DNA of 54,418 nucleotides, filler included, from Candidatus Ancaeobacter aquaticus (GCA_030765405.1; 3 parts of 3 records of this genome joined end to end with filler, not necessarily neighbours in it); one strand, 5' to 3'; positions 30,590 through 41,765 are shown, counted from the whole stretch's first letter. Numbers and translations: made by a program. Notes: generated by a model not told the origin, from the letters alone.

Positions 30590-31260
30590 TATTTGTTTTC
30601 TGCTGCGTTTCGCAATTCTTCAATTGCCATCTTTATATCCGGTTTTCCATATACTGATGTTCCCGCGACAATCACGTTACATCCCGCATCTACCGGTTTT
30701 TTAATATTTTGACTCTTGATTCCGCCATCAACTTGAATGTCTATATCGATATTCATTGCCTTAAGAGTTTTTGTCGCGTCAGTGATCTTTGGTAGCACCG
30801 ATTCAATAAAACTTTGTCCGCCGAAACCAGGAAATACCGTCATAAACAATATAAGATCAATCTTTCGAAGTATCGATTCATCTACATTAAATGGTGTGTC
30901 AGGATTAAAAACAATGCCGCACTTACAATTCAATTTTTTAATTTCATCAATTGTTTGACTAATATCACACGGTGATTCAACGTGAATTGTCAATATATCA
31001 GCCCCTGCTTCGATAAATTGTTTATAGTAGGTGTCAGGACGTGATATCATGAGATGAACATCAAGAGGTAATGTCGTTGCTTTCCTGATTGCCTTTACTA
31101 CAGGCGGCCCAAATGTTATGTTTGGAACAAAATGTCCGTCCATAACATCAAGATGCAGCCAATCTGCGCCAGCGTCTTCGGCCCTTTTTGCTTCCGTTGC
31201 AAGAGCGCCAAAATCTCCAGAAAGTATTGACGGAGCAATTTTTATCATAGATTTCCCCAT
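30589..31260 (-). CDS. rpe: Ribulose-phosphate 3-epimerase
   Basis: [29 protein letters not shown]. Confidence 0.96.
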   Translation of the reverse strand: MGKSMIKIAPSILSGDFGALATEAKRAEDAGADWLHLDVMDGHFVPNITFGPPVVKAIRKATTLPLDVHLMISRPDTYYKQFIEAGADILTIHVESPCDISQTIDEIKKLNCKCGIVFNPDTPFNVDESILRKIDLILFMTVFPGFGGQSFIESVLPKITDATKTLKAMNIDIDIQVDGGIKSQNIKKPVDAGCNVIVAGTSVYGKPDIKMAIEELRNAAENK

Positions 31261-31301
31261 TTTTCTTGTTATCGATACATACTATAGCACAAAACATCCA
31301 A

Positions 31302-31422
31302 TTAGCTATAATCTTTAAGTTGTAAGTTATATAAAAAACTAATCACTCGTGGAGTACATATTTTATGTTTTATGCGATAGAATATATTTCGTCTTATAGC
31401 ATATAACTTATAGCTTACAGCT
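31302..31422. repeat. Inverted heptamer-array element (NTAAGCT family), ORF-less, partly decayed
   Basis: Left ...ttaagtt-gtaagtt-atataaa; right cttatag-catataa-cttatag-cttacag-ct. Confidence 0.75.
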
Positions 31423-31429
31423 GGAGTAA

Positions 31430-32692
31430 TTAGAAATGAAAACAATCTGTTATATTTTCCTTATCTGGTGATGGTCCAACCACTGACAGATTTAGGGACG
31501 CATCAACAAATAACCGCTTTGCCAGATTGGCAATATCGACTTCCGTAACAGAATTAATCTTGCGCATAATTTCATCAAATGAATCTACCGTGCCTGTTGT
31601 TAGTAACGATTCACCAATCCAGAGCATATAATCAAATGTTTTCTCACGATTCATGGCTATTTGGCCAAAACAATATTCTTTTGCTCTGGATAGCTCTTGC
31701 TTATCTATAAGGTCAGAACGTAACTTATGCAGTTCATTAATAATAAGGCGAATGCATTTTATAAGTTTGTTAATATCTGTTCCAACATTAATAATTAAAA
31801 CTCCCGTATCAACAAATTTCTCTATTGAAGTTTGTATGTCATATGCAAGTCCATGCTGTTCCCGTATAACTTGAAAAAGGCGTGAACTTGCGTTTTCTCC
31901 GAGAATAACCGAAAGTAATTTTAGTGCATATATCTCAGGGTCTGTTCTCGCGAGGGCTCTTATGCCGATAGATACATAGCATTGTTCAACATTTTTTTTT
32001 GTGATCTTAATACACGGTTTTGTTTGCGATATTTCTGCTGGTAGAAAACATGGTTTTTCTTTATCATTTTTTTGAGAGAAATATTCAGTTACAAGATTTT
32101 CTAGATATGAATGTGTTACATTTCCAACGGCAGAAATAACGATATTGTCTAAAGTGTACATACTATTTTTATATGAGTGCAATGTCGCTCTATCAATATT
32201 CTTTAATGTATCAAGTGTTCCAATAAGCGGCCTTCCTAAAGAGTGTTCAGGCCACAGTATTGATAAGAGTACGTCCTGCACATGTTGGGAAGGCATATCT
32301 TGATACATACAGATCTCTTCTTTTATGACATTAATCTCTTTTTGCAACTCGTCAGTATCGATTTTTTGATTGAAGTATATATCTGATAATACATCAAATG
32401 CCACCCCCGTATGGAGGGCAGGCACTTTTGCAGTATAACAGGTACATTCTTCAGCTGTAAAAGCATTTAATGTTCCTCCTATCCCTTCAATATCACGATA
32501 TATTTCGTAGGTTTTTCTTTTTTCAGTGTCTTTAAAAGCGATATGTTCAAGAAGATGAGATATACCATTTAATTTTTTTTCTTCGTGTCTGCCACCGACA
32601 CCTACCCATATACCCATAGATACTGATGCCATATGCGGCATTTCTGAAGTTATTAACCTTACCCCATTACTATAGTGTGTTATTTTATCCAT
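31430..32692 (-). CDS. M16 (pitrilysin) family zinc peptidase
   Basis: Inverted zincin HLLEH, LNAFT..E.TCY, SSRLFQ.IRE..GLAY. Confidence 0.92.
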   Translation of the reverse strand: MDKITHYSNGVRLITSEMPHMASVSMGIWVGVGGRHEEKKLNGISHLLEHIAFKDTEKRKTYEIYRDIEGIGGTLNAFTAEECTCYTAKVPALHTGVAFDVLSDIYFNQKIDTDELQKEINVIKEEICMYQDMPSQHVQDVLLSILWPEHSLGRPLIGTLDTLKNIDRATLHSYKNSMYTLDNIVISAVGNVTHSYLENLVTEYFSQKNDKEKPCFLPAEISQTKPCIKITKKNVEQCYVSIGIRALARTDPEIYALKLLSVILGENASSRLFQVIREQHGLAYDIQTSIEKFVDTGVLIINVGTDINKLIKCIRLIINELHKLRSDLIDKQELSRAKEYCFGQIAMNREKTFDYMLWIGESLLTTGTVDSFDEIMRKINSVTEVDIANLAKRLFVDASLNLSVVGPSPDKENITDCFHF

Positions 32693-32695
32693 TGT

Positions 32696-33913
32696 TTACT
32701 TTCTGCTCTTTTTTCTGATAATTTCATTTGGATACGCTTTGCCTTGTATCTTAACTGAAACAATCTCATTATAGTTTGCTTGAGTGATAGGGAAATCTTC
32801 CTTGTTCTTCATTTCCAATATCTTTTCATTGTGATCTGATCCAATATGTGGATTTAAAAATTCAATACTATCATCTACCCTTAACGTATTTTTTAATTTT
32901 ATAAAAACAGAGTCATTTTTTACCTCAGTTACAACTCCCATAAATAGATGGTTTCCGTCATCATGATCTTTTTCGTATAATTGCGCAGATGAATCAGGCG
33001 TTCCGAAGTAAAAACCTGTTGAATATCCCCTATGAGGTATTTTATCGAGTTCATTTTCAAATTCGTTAATAAGTTCTTTTGTAAAATGTCCTTCCTTATA
33101 AGACTGCATTGCTTTTTTATATATTCGCGTTACATTACCGAGGTAATATATACTTTTCATTCTTCCTTCGATTTTGAACGCATCAACACCGATATCACAG
33201 AGTTCTTTTATATAACGCACCATGGAAAGATCTTTTGCGCTAAAAATACGTGTACCGTTTTCATCTTCTTCTACGGGCAGTATTAGTCCCGGTCGTTTTT
33301 CCTCCATAACAGAATATTTCCATCGGCACGGCTGGGAGCAATCACCTTTATTGGCGTTTCTATCACTCAAATAGTTAGAGATAAGACATCTTCCTGAATA
33401 AGATACACACATAGCCCCATGCACAAATACTTCCAATTCACATGCTACTTTTTTTCGTATTTCTTCGATTTCTTGTAGCGATAATTCTCGTGCAAGTATA
33501 ATTCTTTTAATTCCGCAATCTGTCCAGAATTGTGCACTCGCCCAGTTAGTTACATTGGCCAAAGTTGAAAGATGAATATTGAATTCTAGCTTTTCTTCCT
33601 TAATTAAATGCAAAATGCCAGGATCAGAAACAATAATGGCATCTACAGAAACTTCGTGTAAGAAATGAAGATATTTTTTAATATCGCTCATTTCGTTGTT
33701 TCGAAGAAAAATATTGACTGCGGCATACACTTTTTTATTAATGCTGTGCGCATATGACACTGCCTGGTGCAGTTCACTGTCTGAAAAGTTCGGGGCACGT
33801 TTTCTCATCCCGTAATGATTGTCTGAAAGATATACTGCATCAGCCCCATAATGATATGCAAAACGCAGCTTTTCAATATCACCTGCCGGTGATACAAGTT
33901 CAATATTTTTCAT
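32696..33913 (-). CDS. U32-family protein (TrhP/YegQ-like)
   Basis: ELVSPAG, LARELS, EVFVHGAMCVSYSGRC, CSQPCR, KIEGRMK. Confidence 0.9.
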   Translation of the reverse strand: MKNIELVSPAGDIEKLRFAYHYGADAVYLSDNHYGMRKRAPNFSDSELHQAVSYAHSINKKVYAAVNIFLRNNEMSDIKKYLHFLHEVSVDAIIVSDPGILHLIKEEKLEFNIHLSTLANVTNWASAQFWTDCGIKRIILARELSLQEIEEIRKKVACELEVFVHGAMCVSYSGRCLISNYLSDRNANKGDCSQPCRWKYSVMEEKRPGLILPVEEDENGTRIFSAKDLSMVRYIKELCDIGVDAFKIEGRMKSIYYLGNVTRIYKKAMQSYKEGHFTKELINEFENELDKIPHRGYSTGFYFGTPDSSAQLYEKDHDDGNHLFMGVVTEVKNDSVFIKLKNTLRVDDSIEFLNPHIGSDHNEKILEMKNKEDFPITQANYNEIVSVKIQGKAYPNEIIRKKSRK

Positions 33914-33919
33914 CTTATA

Positions 33920-34357
33920 CTATAACTCTTGGTTAGTTGTTTCTTTTGTTTTCTTTATATCAAGATATGTCTGCAATATGAGTTGGGCTGCTATTGCATC
34001 GACTCTCTTTTTTCTCTTTTTGCGCGATAAATTTCCTTCAAGCATAGATCGATGAGCTATGACTGTTGTTAATCGTTCATCTACGAATTCACAGGGAATA
34101 TTACTGAATTTTGAAAAAGTTTCTGCAAACTTTTCTACAATATAAGCTCTGAATCCTTTAGAGCCGTCCATATTTAGAGGCATACCTAATACAATTAATT
34201 CCACATTGTGTTCAGATATTATTTTATTAATTTCTTGTATGTCACTTTGTAGTGATGTGCGGGTAATTACTTTAAGCGATTGCGCAGTGAAAAGCAATTC
34301 ATCACTCATCGAAACACCGATTCTTACATCACCAATGTCTAAACCTAATATTCTCAT
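33920..34357 (-). CDS. ruvX: RuvX/YqgF nuclease
   Basis: LGLDIGDVRIGVS, GMPLNMDG, DERLTT, DAIAA.LIL. Confidence 0.93.
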   Translation of the reverse strand: MRILGLDIGDVRIGVSMSDELLFTAQSLKVITRTSLQSDIQEINKIISEHNVELIVLGMPLNMDGSKGFRAYIVEKFAETFSKFSNIPCEFVDERLTTVIAHRSMLEGNLSRKKRKKRVDAIAAQLILQTYLDIKKTKETTNQEL

Positions 34358-34415
34358 ATAACTCCTTATACATTATGTTACAGCAGATCAGATATAGTCT
34401 TGAGGAAAGGGAACG

Positions 34416-35507
34416 CTAAATGTACTGTGTGTATTTTTTGTGATTTTTTAATTGTTCAACAAGCTTTTTTATTTCCTCGCTCTTTGATCTATCACATATG
34501 AGGAGTGCGTCTCTTGTTTTTACAATAATCAGGTTTTTCACTCCAGAAACAGCAATAACCCCATCATCAGATACAATAAGACTGTTATGTACATCCTCAA
34601 GAATAACTTCACCTTTTTGCGCGTTGTTGTGCCTATCATGAGAAAGATACTTATTATAACTTTCCCACGAACCAATATCGTCCCAGTAAAACACCCCTTT
34701 AGTAACAATAATATTCTGTGATTTTTCCATGATGCCATAATCAATTGAAATTTTTTCCAATCGATGGTAAACATCTTTTACTTTAGATGAAAAACATTTT
34801 TTACCTATATAATTATTCAAAGCACTAATATCTTTTGAAAGAGATGGAAGATATTCATTAATTGCAGAGAGTATAGTGGAAACTTTCCATACAAACATAC
34901 CGCTGTTCCATAAGTATTTATCCGAGGCAACAAACTTTTTCGCCTTAAGGGACGTTGGCTTCTCCTCAAATCTGTCTACATGATGAAAAACTGATTTTGA
35001 ATCATACCTCATTTTTTTACCGGTTTTAATATAGCCATATCCGGTGTGAGGCGTCCGCGGAACAATTCCTATAGTTACCAGCACATTGTTTTTATCACAC
35101 ATTTTAGCTGAGTCAATAATTGTGCGTTTAAAAAGGTTATTATCTTTAATGATATGGTCTGCCGGCAATACAACCATCACTGCATTCGGATTTCTTTTTG
35201 CAATAATTGTTGCAGCAAGCGCAATACAGGGGGCAGTGTTTCTCCCTACCGGTTCAGCGATGATATTACTCTTTTTAATATACGGAACTTGTTTTATTGT
35301 TGCTTTGACATGTTTTTCATTCGTTACTATGATTATATTCTCTACCGAGGTAAATCGACTCACACGTTCAATTGTTTCCTGCAACAATGTTTTAGTGCTG
35401 GTTAATGGCAATAACTGTTTAGGGGTATCCTGCCGCGACATCGGCCAAAAACGTTCTCCGCTTCCCCCAGCCATAATAACAGTATAGAGATCCTTTTGTA
35501 TTTTCAT
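34416..35507 (-). CDS. manC: Mannose-1-phosphate guanylyltransferase
   Basis: MAGGSGERFWPMSR..PKQ, EP.GRNTAP, WNSGMF, SIDYGIMEK, WDDIGSW. Confidence 0.92.
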   Translation of the reverse strand: MKIQKDLYTVIMAGGSGERFWPMSRQDTPKQLLPLTSTKTLLQETIERVSRFTSVENIIIVTNEKHVKATIKQVPYIKKSNIIAEPVGRNTAPCIALAATIIAKRNPNAVMVVLPADHIIKDNNLFKRTIIDSAKMCDKNNVLVTIGIVPRTPHTGYGYIKTGKKMRYDSKSVFHHVDRFEEKPTSLKAKKFVASDKYLWNSGMFVWKVSTILSAINEYLPSLSKDISALNNYIGKKCFSSKVKDVYHRLEKISIDYGIMEKSQNIIVTKGVFYWDDIGSWESYNKYLSHDRHNNAQKGEVILEDVHNSLIVSDDGVIAVSGVKNLIIVKTRDALLICDRSKSEEIKKLVEQLKNHKKYTQYI

Positions 35508-36280
35508 ACTAACCCTTTTATAAACTTTTTAACATGTGGTACCGGATTATTTTGATTCGCTTCAATAAGGCGAACAATTGCACTACCAATCACAACAGCA
35601 TCAGTATATGTTGATAGCTCTTTTACTTGTTTTTTTTCTGAGACACCAAAGCCGACAGCAATAGGCAACTTTGTATATTTCTTTACCCGTCGGATCATTT
35701 TTTTTGTTTCTATCAAAGAACTTGTTTTTGAACCAGTAACACCGGTTCTTGATACACAATAAATAAATCCGTTGCTTGCCTGACAAATTGAATCTATACG
35801 TTTTTCAGAGCTTGTCGGGGCAATAAGATATATTGTTTTAAAATCCATTGATCGCGCGGCAATGATGTAATCATGTGATTCTTCGGGTGGTAAATCAAGA
35901 ACGATACTTCCATCTGCTCCAGCATTTTTCGCATCTTTGACAAAAGCATGTAAGCCGTATTTGAGTATCGGATTAAGATACGTAAAAAGAACGATAGGAA
36001 TATGTGTTACTTTTCTTACCTCTTGAACCAGTGTCAACACCCTCTTTACCGTAGTCCCAGAAGATAATGAACGTTCTACCGCATTTTGAATAACGGGCCC
36101 ATCTGCCAGTGGATCAGAAAATGGAATGCCGATCTCAATAAGATCAACTCCTGACTCAGCTATTGATGTAATAATTTCTTTAGAAATATTTAAGGTTGGA
36201 TCTCCGCCGGTAATGTAGGCAATGAGTCCAGTTTTATGTTTATGCGAAAGCTCAATAAATTTTTTATCGATCCTATTCAT
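35504..36280 (-). CDS. trpA: Tryptophan synthase alpha chain
   Basis: EIGIPFSDPLADGPVIQ, VSRTGVTG, VGFG. Start reassigned to MNRID at 36280 because the longer ORF runs through a palindromic repeat. Confidence 0.95.
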   Translation of the reverse strand: MNRIDKKFIELSHKHKTGLIAYITGGDPTLNISKEIITSIAESGVDLIEIGIPFSDPLADGPVIQNAVERSLSSGTTVKRVLTLVQEVRKVTHIPIVLFTYLNPILKYGLHAFVKDAKNAGADGSIVLDLPPEESHDYIIAARSMDFKTIYLIAPTSSEKRIDSICQASNGFIYCVSRTGVTGSKTSSLIETKKMIRRVKKYTKLPIAVGFGVSEKKQVKELSTYTDAVVIGSAIVRLIEANQNNPVPHVKKFIKGLV

Positions 36281-36356
36281 ATGACTTATCTTTTTTTTGC
36301 AGTATATTATTGAGTCATCCTCTTCGAGGATAGTATTCCCATTCAAATAATATCTC

Positions 36357-36408
36357 ATCCCCCCTAGATTTTGAGGCCTAGGCCTCAAAATCAGAAATCA
36401 GGGGGGAT
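36357..36408. repeat. REP-like palindromic element
   Basis: A perfect 26-bp palindrome gattttgaggcctaggcctcaaaatc (36367-36392) inside an atcccccct/aggggggat outer stem; related to 44247-44488. Confidence 0.8.
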
Positions 36409-36421
36409 AGTTCGTCTAAGC

Positions 36422-36453
36422 AAAAGTCATGAGTATTTCATCTCATGACTTTT
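36422..36453. other. 12-bp perfect hairpin just past the trpB stop
   Basis: aaaagtcatgag-tatttcat-ctcatgactttt. Confidence 0.7.
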
Positions 36454-36462
36454 ACAGTCTCA

Positions 36463-37671
36463 CTAGAGGTATTCTTTCACCGATTGTACGTCTTTGTCTC
36501 CTCTACCGGATAGATTAATAATGACTATGCTATTTTTTTTGAGACGTGGAACAGCTTTTCTTGCGTATGCAATAGCATGTGCACTTTCAAGTGCCGGTAA
36601 TATTCCTTCAGCTCTACCAAGCAAATGAAATGCTTCCAGCGCTTCATGATCGCTCACATGAGTATACGTAATTCTCTTTTTATCGTGCAAAAATGCGTGT
36701 TCTGGGCCAATAGCGGCATAATCTAATCCTGCAGACACTGAATGTGTCGCGTTAATCTGACCGTCACTATTTTGCAAAATATATGTCATTGTACCCTGCA
36801 ATACACCAGGAAGCCCCCCCTCAAAACGTGATGCATGCTTACCTGTTTTTATCCCTAATCCACCGGCTTCAACACCAACCATAGCCACTTTCGGATCATT
36901 AATAAATGGATAAAACAAACCTATAGAATTACTGCCACCGCCAACGCACGCAATAAGCAAATCCGGCAACTTTTTTTCTTTAGCAAGTATTTGTTTTTTA
37001 GCTTCAATCCCAATAACTTTTTGAAAATCACGTACCATAACTGGATAGGGATGCGCACCAAGGACTGAACCTAAAATATAATGAGTAGATCTGACATTCG
37101 TTACCCAATCTCTCATAGCTTCATTTATCGCATCTTTCAGTGTTTTTGATCCGGCAGTAACTTCTGTCACTTTTGCGCCAAGAAGTTCCATGCGAAATAC
37201 ATTGAGTGCCTGACGTTTCATGTCTTCAGTTCCCATGTATATCTCGCATTCTAGACCAAATAGTGCGGCAACAGTTGCTGTTGCAACACCATGTTGCCCG
37301 GCACCGGTTTCAGCTATAACACGCTTCTTTCCCATTTTTTTTGCAAGAAGTACTTGTCCTATAGTGTTATTTATTTTATGTGCTCCAGTGTGGCACAGAT
37401 CTTCTCTTTTTAGATAAATTCGCGATGAGCCAATCTCTTTAGATAAACGTTCAGCGTAATATAATGGTGTCGGGCGTCCGACATACTCCTTAAGATAATA
37501 TTGCAACTGTTTCTTAAAGTTTTTGTCAGAAAGCGATGCGGTATAGGCATGTTCTAACTCAGACAAAGCGTCCATAAGTGTTTCAGGTACATATTTCCCG
37601 CCATAGAGCCCAAAATGCCCACTTTTATCAGGCATATTCTGTTGTATATTATTCTTTCGCATAATGTTCAT
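36463..37671 (-). CDS. trpB: Tryptophan synthase beta chain
   Basis: [41 protein letters not shown]. Confidence 0.98.
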   Translation of the reverse strand: MNIMRKNNIQQNMPDKSGHFGLYGGKYVPETLMDALSELEHAYTASLSDKNFKKQLQYYLKEYVGRPTPLYYAERLSKEIGSSRIYLKREDLCHTGAHKINNTIGQVLLAKKMGKKRVIAETGAGQHGVATATVAALFGLECEIYMGTEDMKRQALNVFRMELLGAKVTEVTAGSKTLKDAINEAMRDWVTNVRSTHYILGSVLGAHPYPVMVRDFQKVIGIEAKKQILAKEKKLPDLLIACVGGGSNSIGLFYPFINDPKVAMVGVEAGGLGIKTGKHASRFEGGLPGVLQGTMTYILQNSDGQINATHSVSAGLDYAAIGPEHAFLHDKKRITYTHVSDHEALEAFHLLGRAEGILPALESAHAIAYARKAVPRLKKNSIVIINLSGRGDKDVQSVKEYL

Positions 37672-38305
37672 CTCTTATCATATGTACATATTCTTTTAAT
37701 AAAGTATGATCTTTTATTCCTGGCTTTTTTTCTAATTTACTGGAAGCATCAACTGCAAAAGGTTTTATTGAATTAATTGCTTCTCTTACATTATCAGGTC
37801 CCAAACCGCCAGATAGAAACATTTTTTTTTCAAAATCTTTTGCTTTTAATGCAATTGTCCAGTCAAAGACTTCCCCTGTACCGCCGTGGGCTTTCCTAGA
37901 ATAACAATCAAGCAGTATATAATCAATATCTTTATAGCCTTCTATAGCGTTAATCGATTCGATATCTTTAACTCTAAATGCTTTTATAATAGGCAGTCCG
38001 ATATCCTTTGCTTTCTGGCAATATTCCGGGGACTCCTCCCCATGCAATTGGATCATTGCAAGCCCGCATTCTTTGACCACCTCTTTCACTACTCTAATAT
38101 CTTCATTAACAAATACACCTATAGCCATTAGTCTTTTAGGAATTGCATTAATAATTTCCAATGCTTGTGCGGGCTCAACAGAACGCGGACTTTCAGCAAA
38201 AACAAAACCAAGCGCATCAACTCCTAAATCAGAACAAAACAATGCATCTTCTACATTTGTTATTCCGCATATTTTTATTTTTGTTTTATGTTCTTTATTG
38301 TTCAT
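37649..38305 (-). CDS. trpF: Phosphoribosylanthranilate isomerase
   Basis: [37 protein letters not shown]. Confidence 0.95.
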   Translation of the reverse strand: MNNKEHKTKIKICGITNVEDALFCSDLGVDALGFVFAESPRSVEPAQALEIINAIPKRLMAIGVFVNEDIRVVKEVVKECGLAMIQLHGEESPEYCQKAKDIGLPIIKAFRVKDIESINAIEGYKDIDYILLDCYSRKAHGGTGEVFDWTIALKAKDFEKKMFLSGGLGPDNVREAINSIKPFAVDASSKLEKKPGIKDHTLLKEYVHMIRDEHYAKE

Positions 38306-39083
38306 GCATCATAAGTTCTGTAATACATTGTTTAATATTGTCTGCACGCATAAAATGTTCACCAATAAGTGCTGCATGAACGCCACATTCCTTCAATCGC
38401 ACAATATCATGATGAGTGCGTATTCCACTTTCACTTACTTTTACAACATTGTTCGGAATTTCATTTATCAAATGTTCAGTGGTAGATATATCAACAGAAA
38501 AGTTTGTTAAATCTCTGTTATTTATACCTATAATATCCGCACCCGCGTCAAGTGCGCGTTTAATATCATCATGCGTGTGTGCCTCAATAAGTGCACAAAG
38601 CCCACAATCGGAAACAACGCGCAGCATATTCTTTATATCCTTATCATTCAATATAGATGATATCAAGAGTACTGCATCTGCCTGCAATGAAGCTGCTTCA
38701 ACTATTTGGTATTCATCTATGATGAAATCTTTGCAGAGAATTGGCTTTGAGACAATTGTACTGACCGATTCTAAATAACTTGGATCACCAAGGAAATATT
38801 TATCTTCGGTAAGAATAGATATTGCGTTAACACTTTTTTCTTCCTCATATATTTGTGCAATCCCTACCGGGTCAAAGTTTTTGCGTAACATTCCGGCAGA
38901 AGGTGATGCTTTTTTTATCTCAGCAATGAGCGCAATTGTGTTCGACAGTTTTAGTGCAGCCTTAAAATCACGCTTCACAGATCGTTGTTCTGAATGCGTT
39001 ATAAGAGAACTCAATGAAGTAGTACGTTTTTTCTCTTCAACTATCTGTTTCTTGTATAAAACAATTTCTTCAAGAATGTTCAT
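38295..39083 (-). CDS. trpC: Indole-3-glycerol phosphate synthase
   Basis: IAEIKKASPS, KDFIID, GINNRDL, SESGI. Confidence 0.96.
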   Translation of the reverse strand: MNILEEIVLYKKQIVEEKKRTTSLSSLITHSEQRSVKRDFKAALKLSNTIALIAEIKKASPSAGMLRKNFDPVGIAQIYEEEKSVNAISILTEDKYFLGDPSYLESVSTIVSKPILCKDFIIDEYQIVEAASLQADAVLLISSILNDKDIKNMLRVVSDCGLCALIEAHTHDDIKRALDAGADIIGINNRDLTNFSVDISTTEHLINEIPNNVVKVSESGIRTHHDIVRLKECGVHAALIGEHFMRADNIKQCITELMMHEQ

Positions 39084-40092
39084 GGGTAAACTCTTTTAGT
39101 TTTTGTACTGCTTCATATGCCTTACCGGAACTAAGCGATTCTTTAGCCATTTCTAATGCAGTATCAAATGAAATTGTTTTGTCTGATACCATAATGACAT
39201 AAGCAGCATTAATAAGAACTATGGTGCTAATAGGGCCATCATCTTCACCATTAAGAAGTGCTTGTGTCTTTTTATAGTTATCTTCTCTTGTTAGAGCGCT
39301 TATACCTTCTAATCCTGAACGTTTTATTCCATGTTTTTGAGGATGAAACTCATATGTTTTAATGGAGCCGTTCCTTAGTTCGGTTATAATTGTTGGCTCA
39401 TTTAGGCTTACTTCATCAAGCCCATCTAATCCATGAACAACGAATGCATCAGTTGTGCCGAGTTTATGTAAGACTTCAGCCATTTTTACGGTAAGAGACG
39501 GGTCATAAACACCAATAAGTTGTTTTTTAGTATGCAGTGGGTTTGTTAATGGTCCAAGCATATTAAAAATTGTTCTCATACCAATATCATTGCGTGCTTG
39601 AGCGGCATGTTTCATTGCACTATGATAAACTGGTGCAAAGAGGAACACCATCCCAACATCCTGCAAACATTTTTCAACATGTTTTGGATGCATATCAATT
39701 TTAATGCCAAGGGCCTCCAATATATCTGCGCTTCCACAAGAACTTGAAACTGCTCTATTTCCATGTTTTGCTATGGTAATGCCGGCCCCACAGGCAACAA
39801 AACTTGCTAATGTCGATACATTTATCGTGTTTTTGCAATCTCCACCAGTTCCGCAGGTATCGACCAGGTTAGGAATATCAATAGATAATTTAAATGCATG
39901 TTCGCGCATTGCCAAAGCACACCCATAAATCTCTTCAGATGACTCGCCCTTTATTTTAATGGCAGTACAAAATGCAGCAATTTGTGCATCAGTCGTATTT
40001 CCATCCATAATTTCATTCATGACTTTATGCGCAATATCACATGAGATATTCTCGCCCTGCACTACCATTTTGATCACTTTTTTAATAAACAT
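39070..40092 (-). CDS. trpD: Anthranilate phosphoribosyltransferase
   Basis: DTCGTGGD, NVST, KHGNRAVSS, RTIFNMLGPLTNP. Confidence 0.96.
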   Translation of the reverse strand: MFIKKVIKMVVQGENISCDIAHKVMNEIMDGNTTDAQIAAFCTAIKIKGESSEEIYGCALAMREHAFKLSIDIPNLVDTCGTGGDCKNTINVSTLASFVACGAGITIAKHGNRAVSSSCGSADILEALGIKIDMHPKHVEKCLQDVGMVFLFAPVYHSAMKHAAQARNDIGMRTIFNMLGPLTNPLHTKKQLIGVYDPSLTVKMAEVLHKLGTTDAFVVHGLDGLDEVSLNEPTIITELRNGSIKTYEFHPQKHGIKRSGLEGISALTREDNYKKTQALLNGEDDGPISTIVLINAAYVIMVSDKTISFDTALEMAKESLSSGKAYEAVQKLKEFTHEHS

Positions 40093-40110
40093 TCATTTCC
40101 TCAATTGACT

Positions 40111-40190
40111 ATACGCTAAACGCTATGCGCTAATAAATATCTTTTTGTCTTATAGCATATAGCTTATAGCTGAGTGCCGAGTTACAGCTT
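40111..40190. repeat. Heptamer element with mismatched arms (ACGCT-type left, TAAGCT-type right)
   Basis: atacgct-aaacgct-atgcgct / cttatag-catatag-cttatag-ctg. Confidence 0.7.
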
Positions 40191-41765
40191 TATGCATTCA
40201 CCTGTTTTTGCGGATATATATTTAACTTTTTCAATATGATACGAGGCATCTTCTTCTAAAATAATTGCTCCTCTATACCTCTTCTCAATTTTTTTGAATG
40301 ATTCTTGATCTTGGGCATCTACATGCGCAAACACTTCCGGACTTACAAGCACTTTTATCTGCATATAAGTACCAGCTGAAAAGATTCTTCGTAATGCTCT
40401 CTGAATTTCAATACTTATACTGAGTGGTGACTTAACCATACCATTGCCTTTACAATATGGACAATCAGTGTAGAGCGCGTCAGCCGTTGTTTCCTGGATC
40501 CGTTGTCGCGTCATTTCAACAAGGCCAAGCTCAGATATCGGAAGTATATTGGTTTTTGCTTTATCTCTTTTGAGTCCTTCCTTCAGTCTCATCAAAACTT
40601 CTCTCTGATTTCTCCGTGAGCTCATATCTATAAAGTCAATAATAACAATACCGCCCATGTTTTTAAGCCGTAGCTGGCGTGCTACTTGATCGCATGCTTG
40701 AAGATTTGTTTCCAAAACTGTATTTTCAAGACTGTTTGAAACATGGCGTCCTGTATTCACGTCAATAGTGACAAGTGCTTCAGTTCTATCAAAAACGAGA
40801 TACCCTCCACACTTCAGCCATATTTTTCGTTTAAATATCTTCTCAATTTCTTTTTCAACACCATACTTATCAAATAGTGGCTGTTTGCTTTGATATAGCT
40901 CTACTTTATGTTTCATGCGCGGAAATGCGAGACTGATAAATTTAAAAATATCCCAGTACACTCTACGCGAATCGACGACAACTCTATCGATATCATGCGT
41001 TAATGAATCACGTACTGTTTGCAACACAAGATCTAGATCAGTGTGTATGAGTGATATCGTAGGATATTGATCTATCTTTTTCTTAACTTTTTTCCATAAT
41101 GCCGATAGATATCGCAAGTCCCTTTCAAAATCTTTATGCATTTCCCCTTCGCCAACAGTTCTTATAATTATCCCCATGTTAGGAGGTATTGTTATCTTAT
41201 CAATCATAGCGCGTATTCTTTTACGCTCTTCTTTATCACCTATTTTCCGTGACAATCCTCTAATGTTTGAATGAGGAACAAGAACCATAAATCTACCGGG
41301 AAGACTTATATCTGTTGTGAGTCGAACGCCCTTTGTCCCGATAGGATCTTTGAGTACCTGAACAATGATTTCTTGTCCTTCTTTAACAAAATCAGAAATT
41401 AATTGTTTCGGTCCATTTCGTTTTTGAGAAGGCCCGTCAAACTCCTTTTCAATATATTCACCCTCTTCGTCTACCATAAGTTCGTGAAGAGACGCTGTAT
41501 CACCAATATCAGATACATGCAGGAATCCGTTTTTTTCCATACCGACATCAACAAATGCGGCTTGAATTCCCGGTAAAACATTCACCACTTTACCCTTATA
41601 AATATTTCCTACGTAACGATCTTGCTCTGTTCTCTGCAAGTGAAACGATTCGACCGTATTATTTTCGATTATTACGACACGGGTTTCTGAATTTTCAACA
41701 TTTATAAGGATTTCCTTTTTTAAAGGACCTCTTTCTTTATATTTCTTTGCGAGTAATCTTATCAT
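40182..41765 (-). CDS. rng: Rne/Rng family ribonuclease (RNase G-like)
   Basis: GNIYKGKV, AAFVD, IDVNTG, IIDFIDM, CPYCKGNG. Confidence 0.93.
   Translation of the reverse strand: MIRLLAKKYKERGPLKKEILINVENSETRVVIIENNTVESFHLQRTEQDRYVGNIYKGKVVNVLPGIQAAFVDVGMEKNGFLHVSDIGDTASLHELMVDEEGEYIEKEFDGPSQKRNGPKQLISDFVKEGQEIIVQVLKDPIGTKGVRLTTDISLPGRFMVLVPHSNIRGLSRKIGDKEERKRIRAMIDKITIPPNMGIIIRTVGEGEMHKDFERDLRYLSALWKKVKKKIDQYPTISLIHTDLDLVLQTVRDSLTHDIDRVVVDSRRVYWDIFKFISLAFPRMKHKVELYQSKQPLFDKYGVEKEIEKIFKRKIWLKCGGYLVFDRTEALVTIDVNTGRHVSNSLENTVLETNLQACDQVARQLRLKNMGGIVIIDFIDMSSRRNQREVLMRLKEGLKRDKAKTNILPISELGLVEMTRQRIQETTADALYTDCPYCKGNGMVKSPLSISIEIQRALRRIFSAGTYMQIKVLVSPEVFAHVDAQDQESFKKIEKRYRGAIILEEDASYHIEKVKYISAKTGECIKL

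Noticed and set aside
36281..36388. 36-aa N-terminal extension of TrpA in the ORF track
   Set aside because: It begins inside a palindromic repeat. TrpA similarity starts at MNRID (36280).
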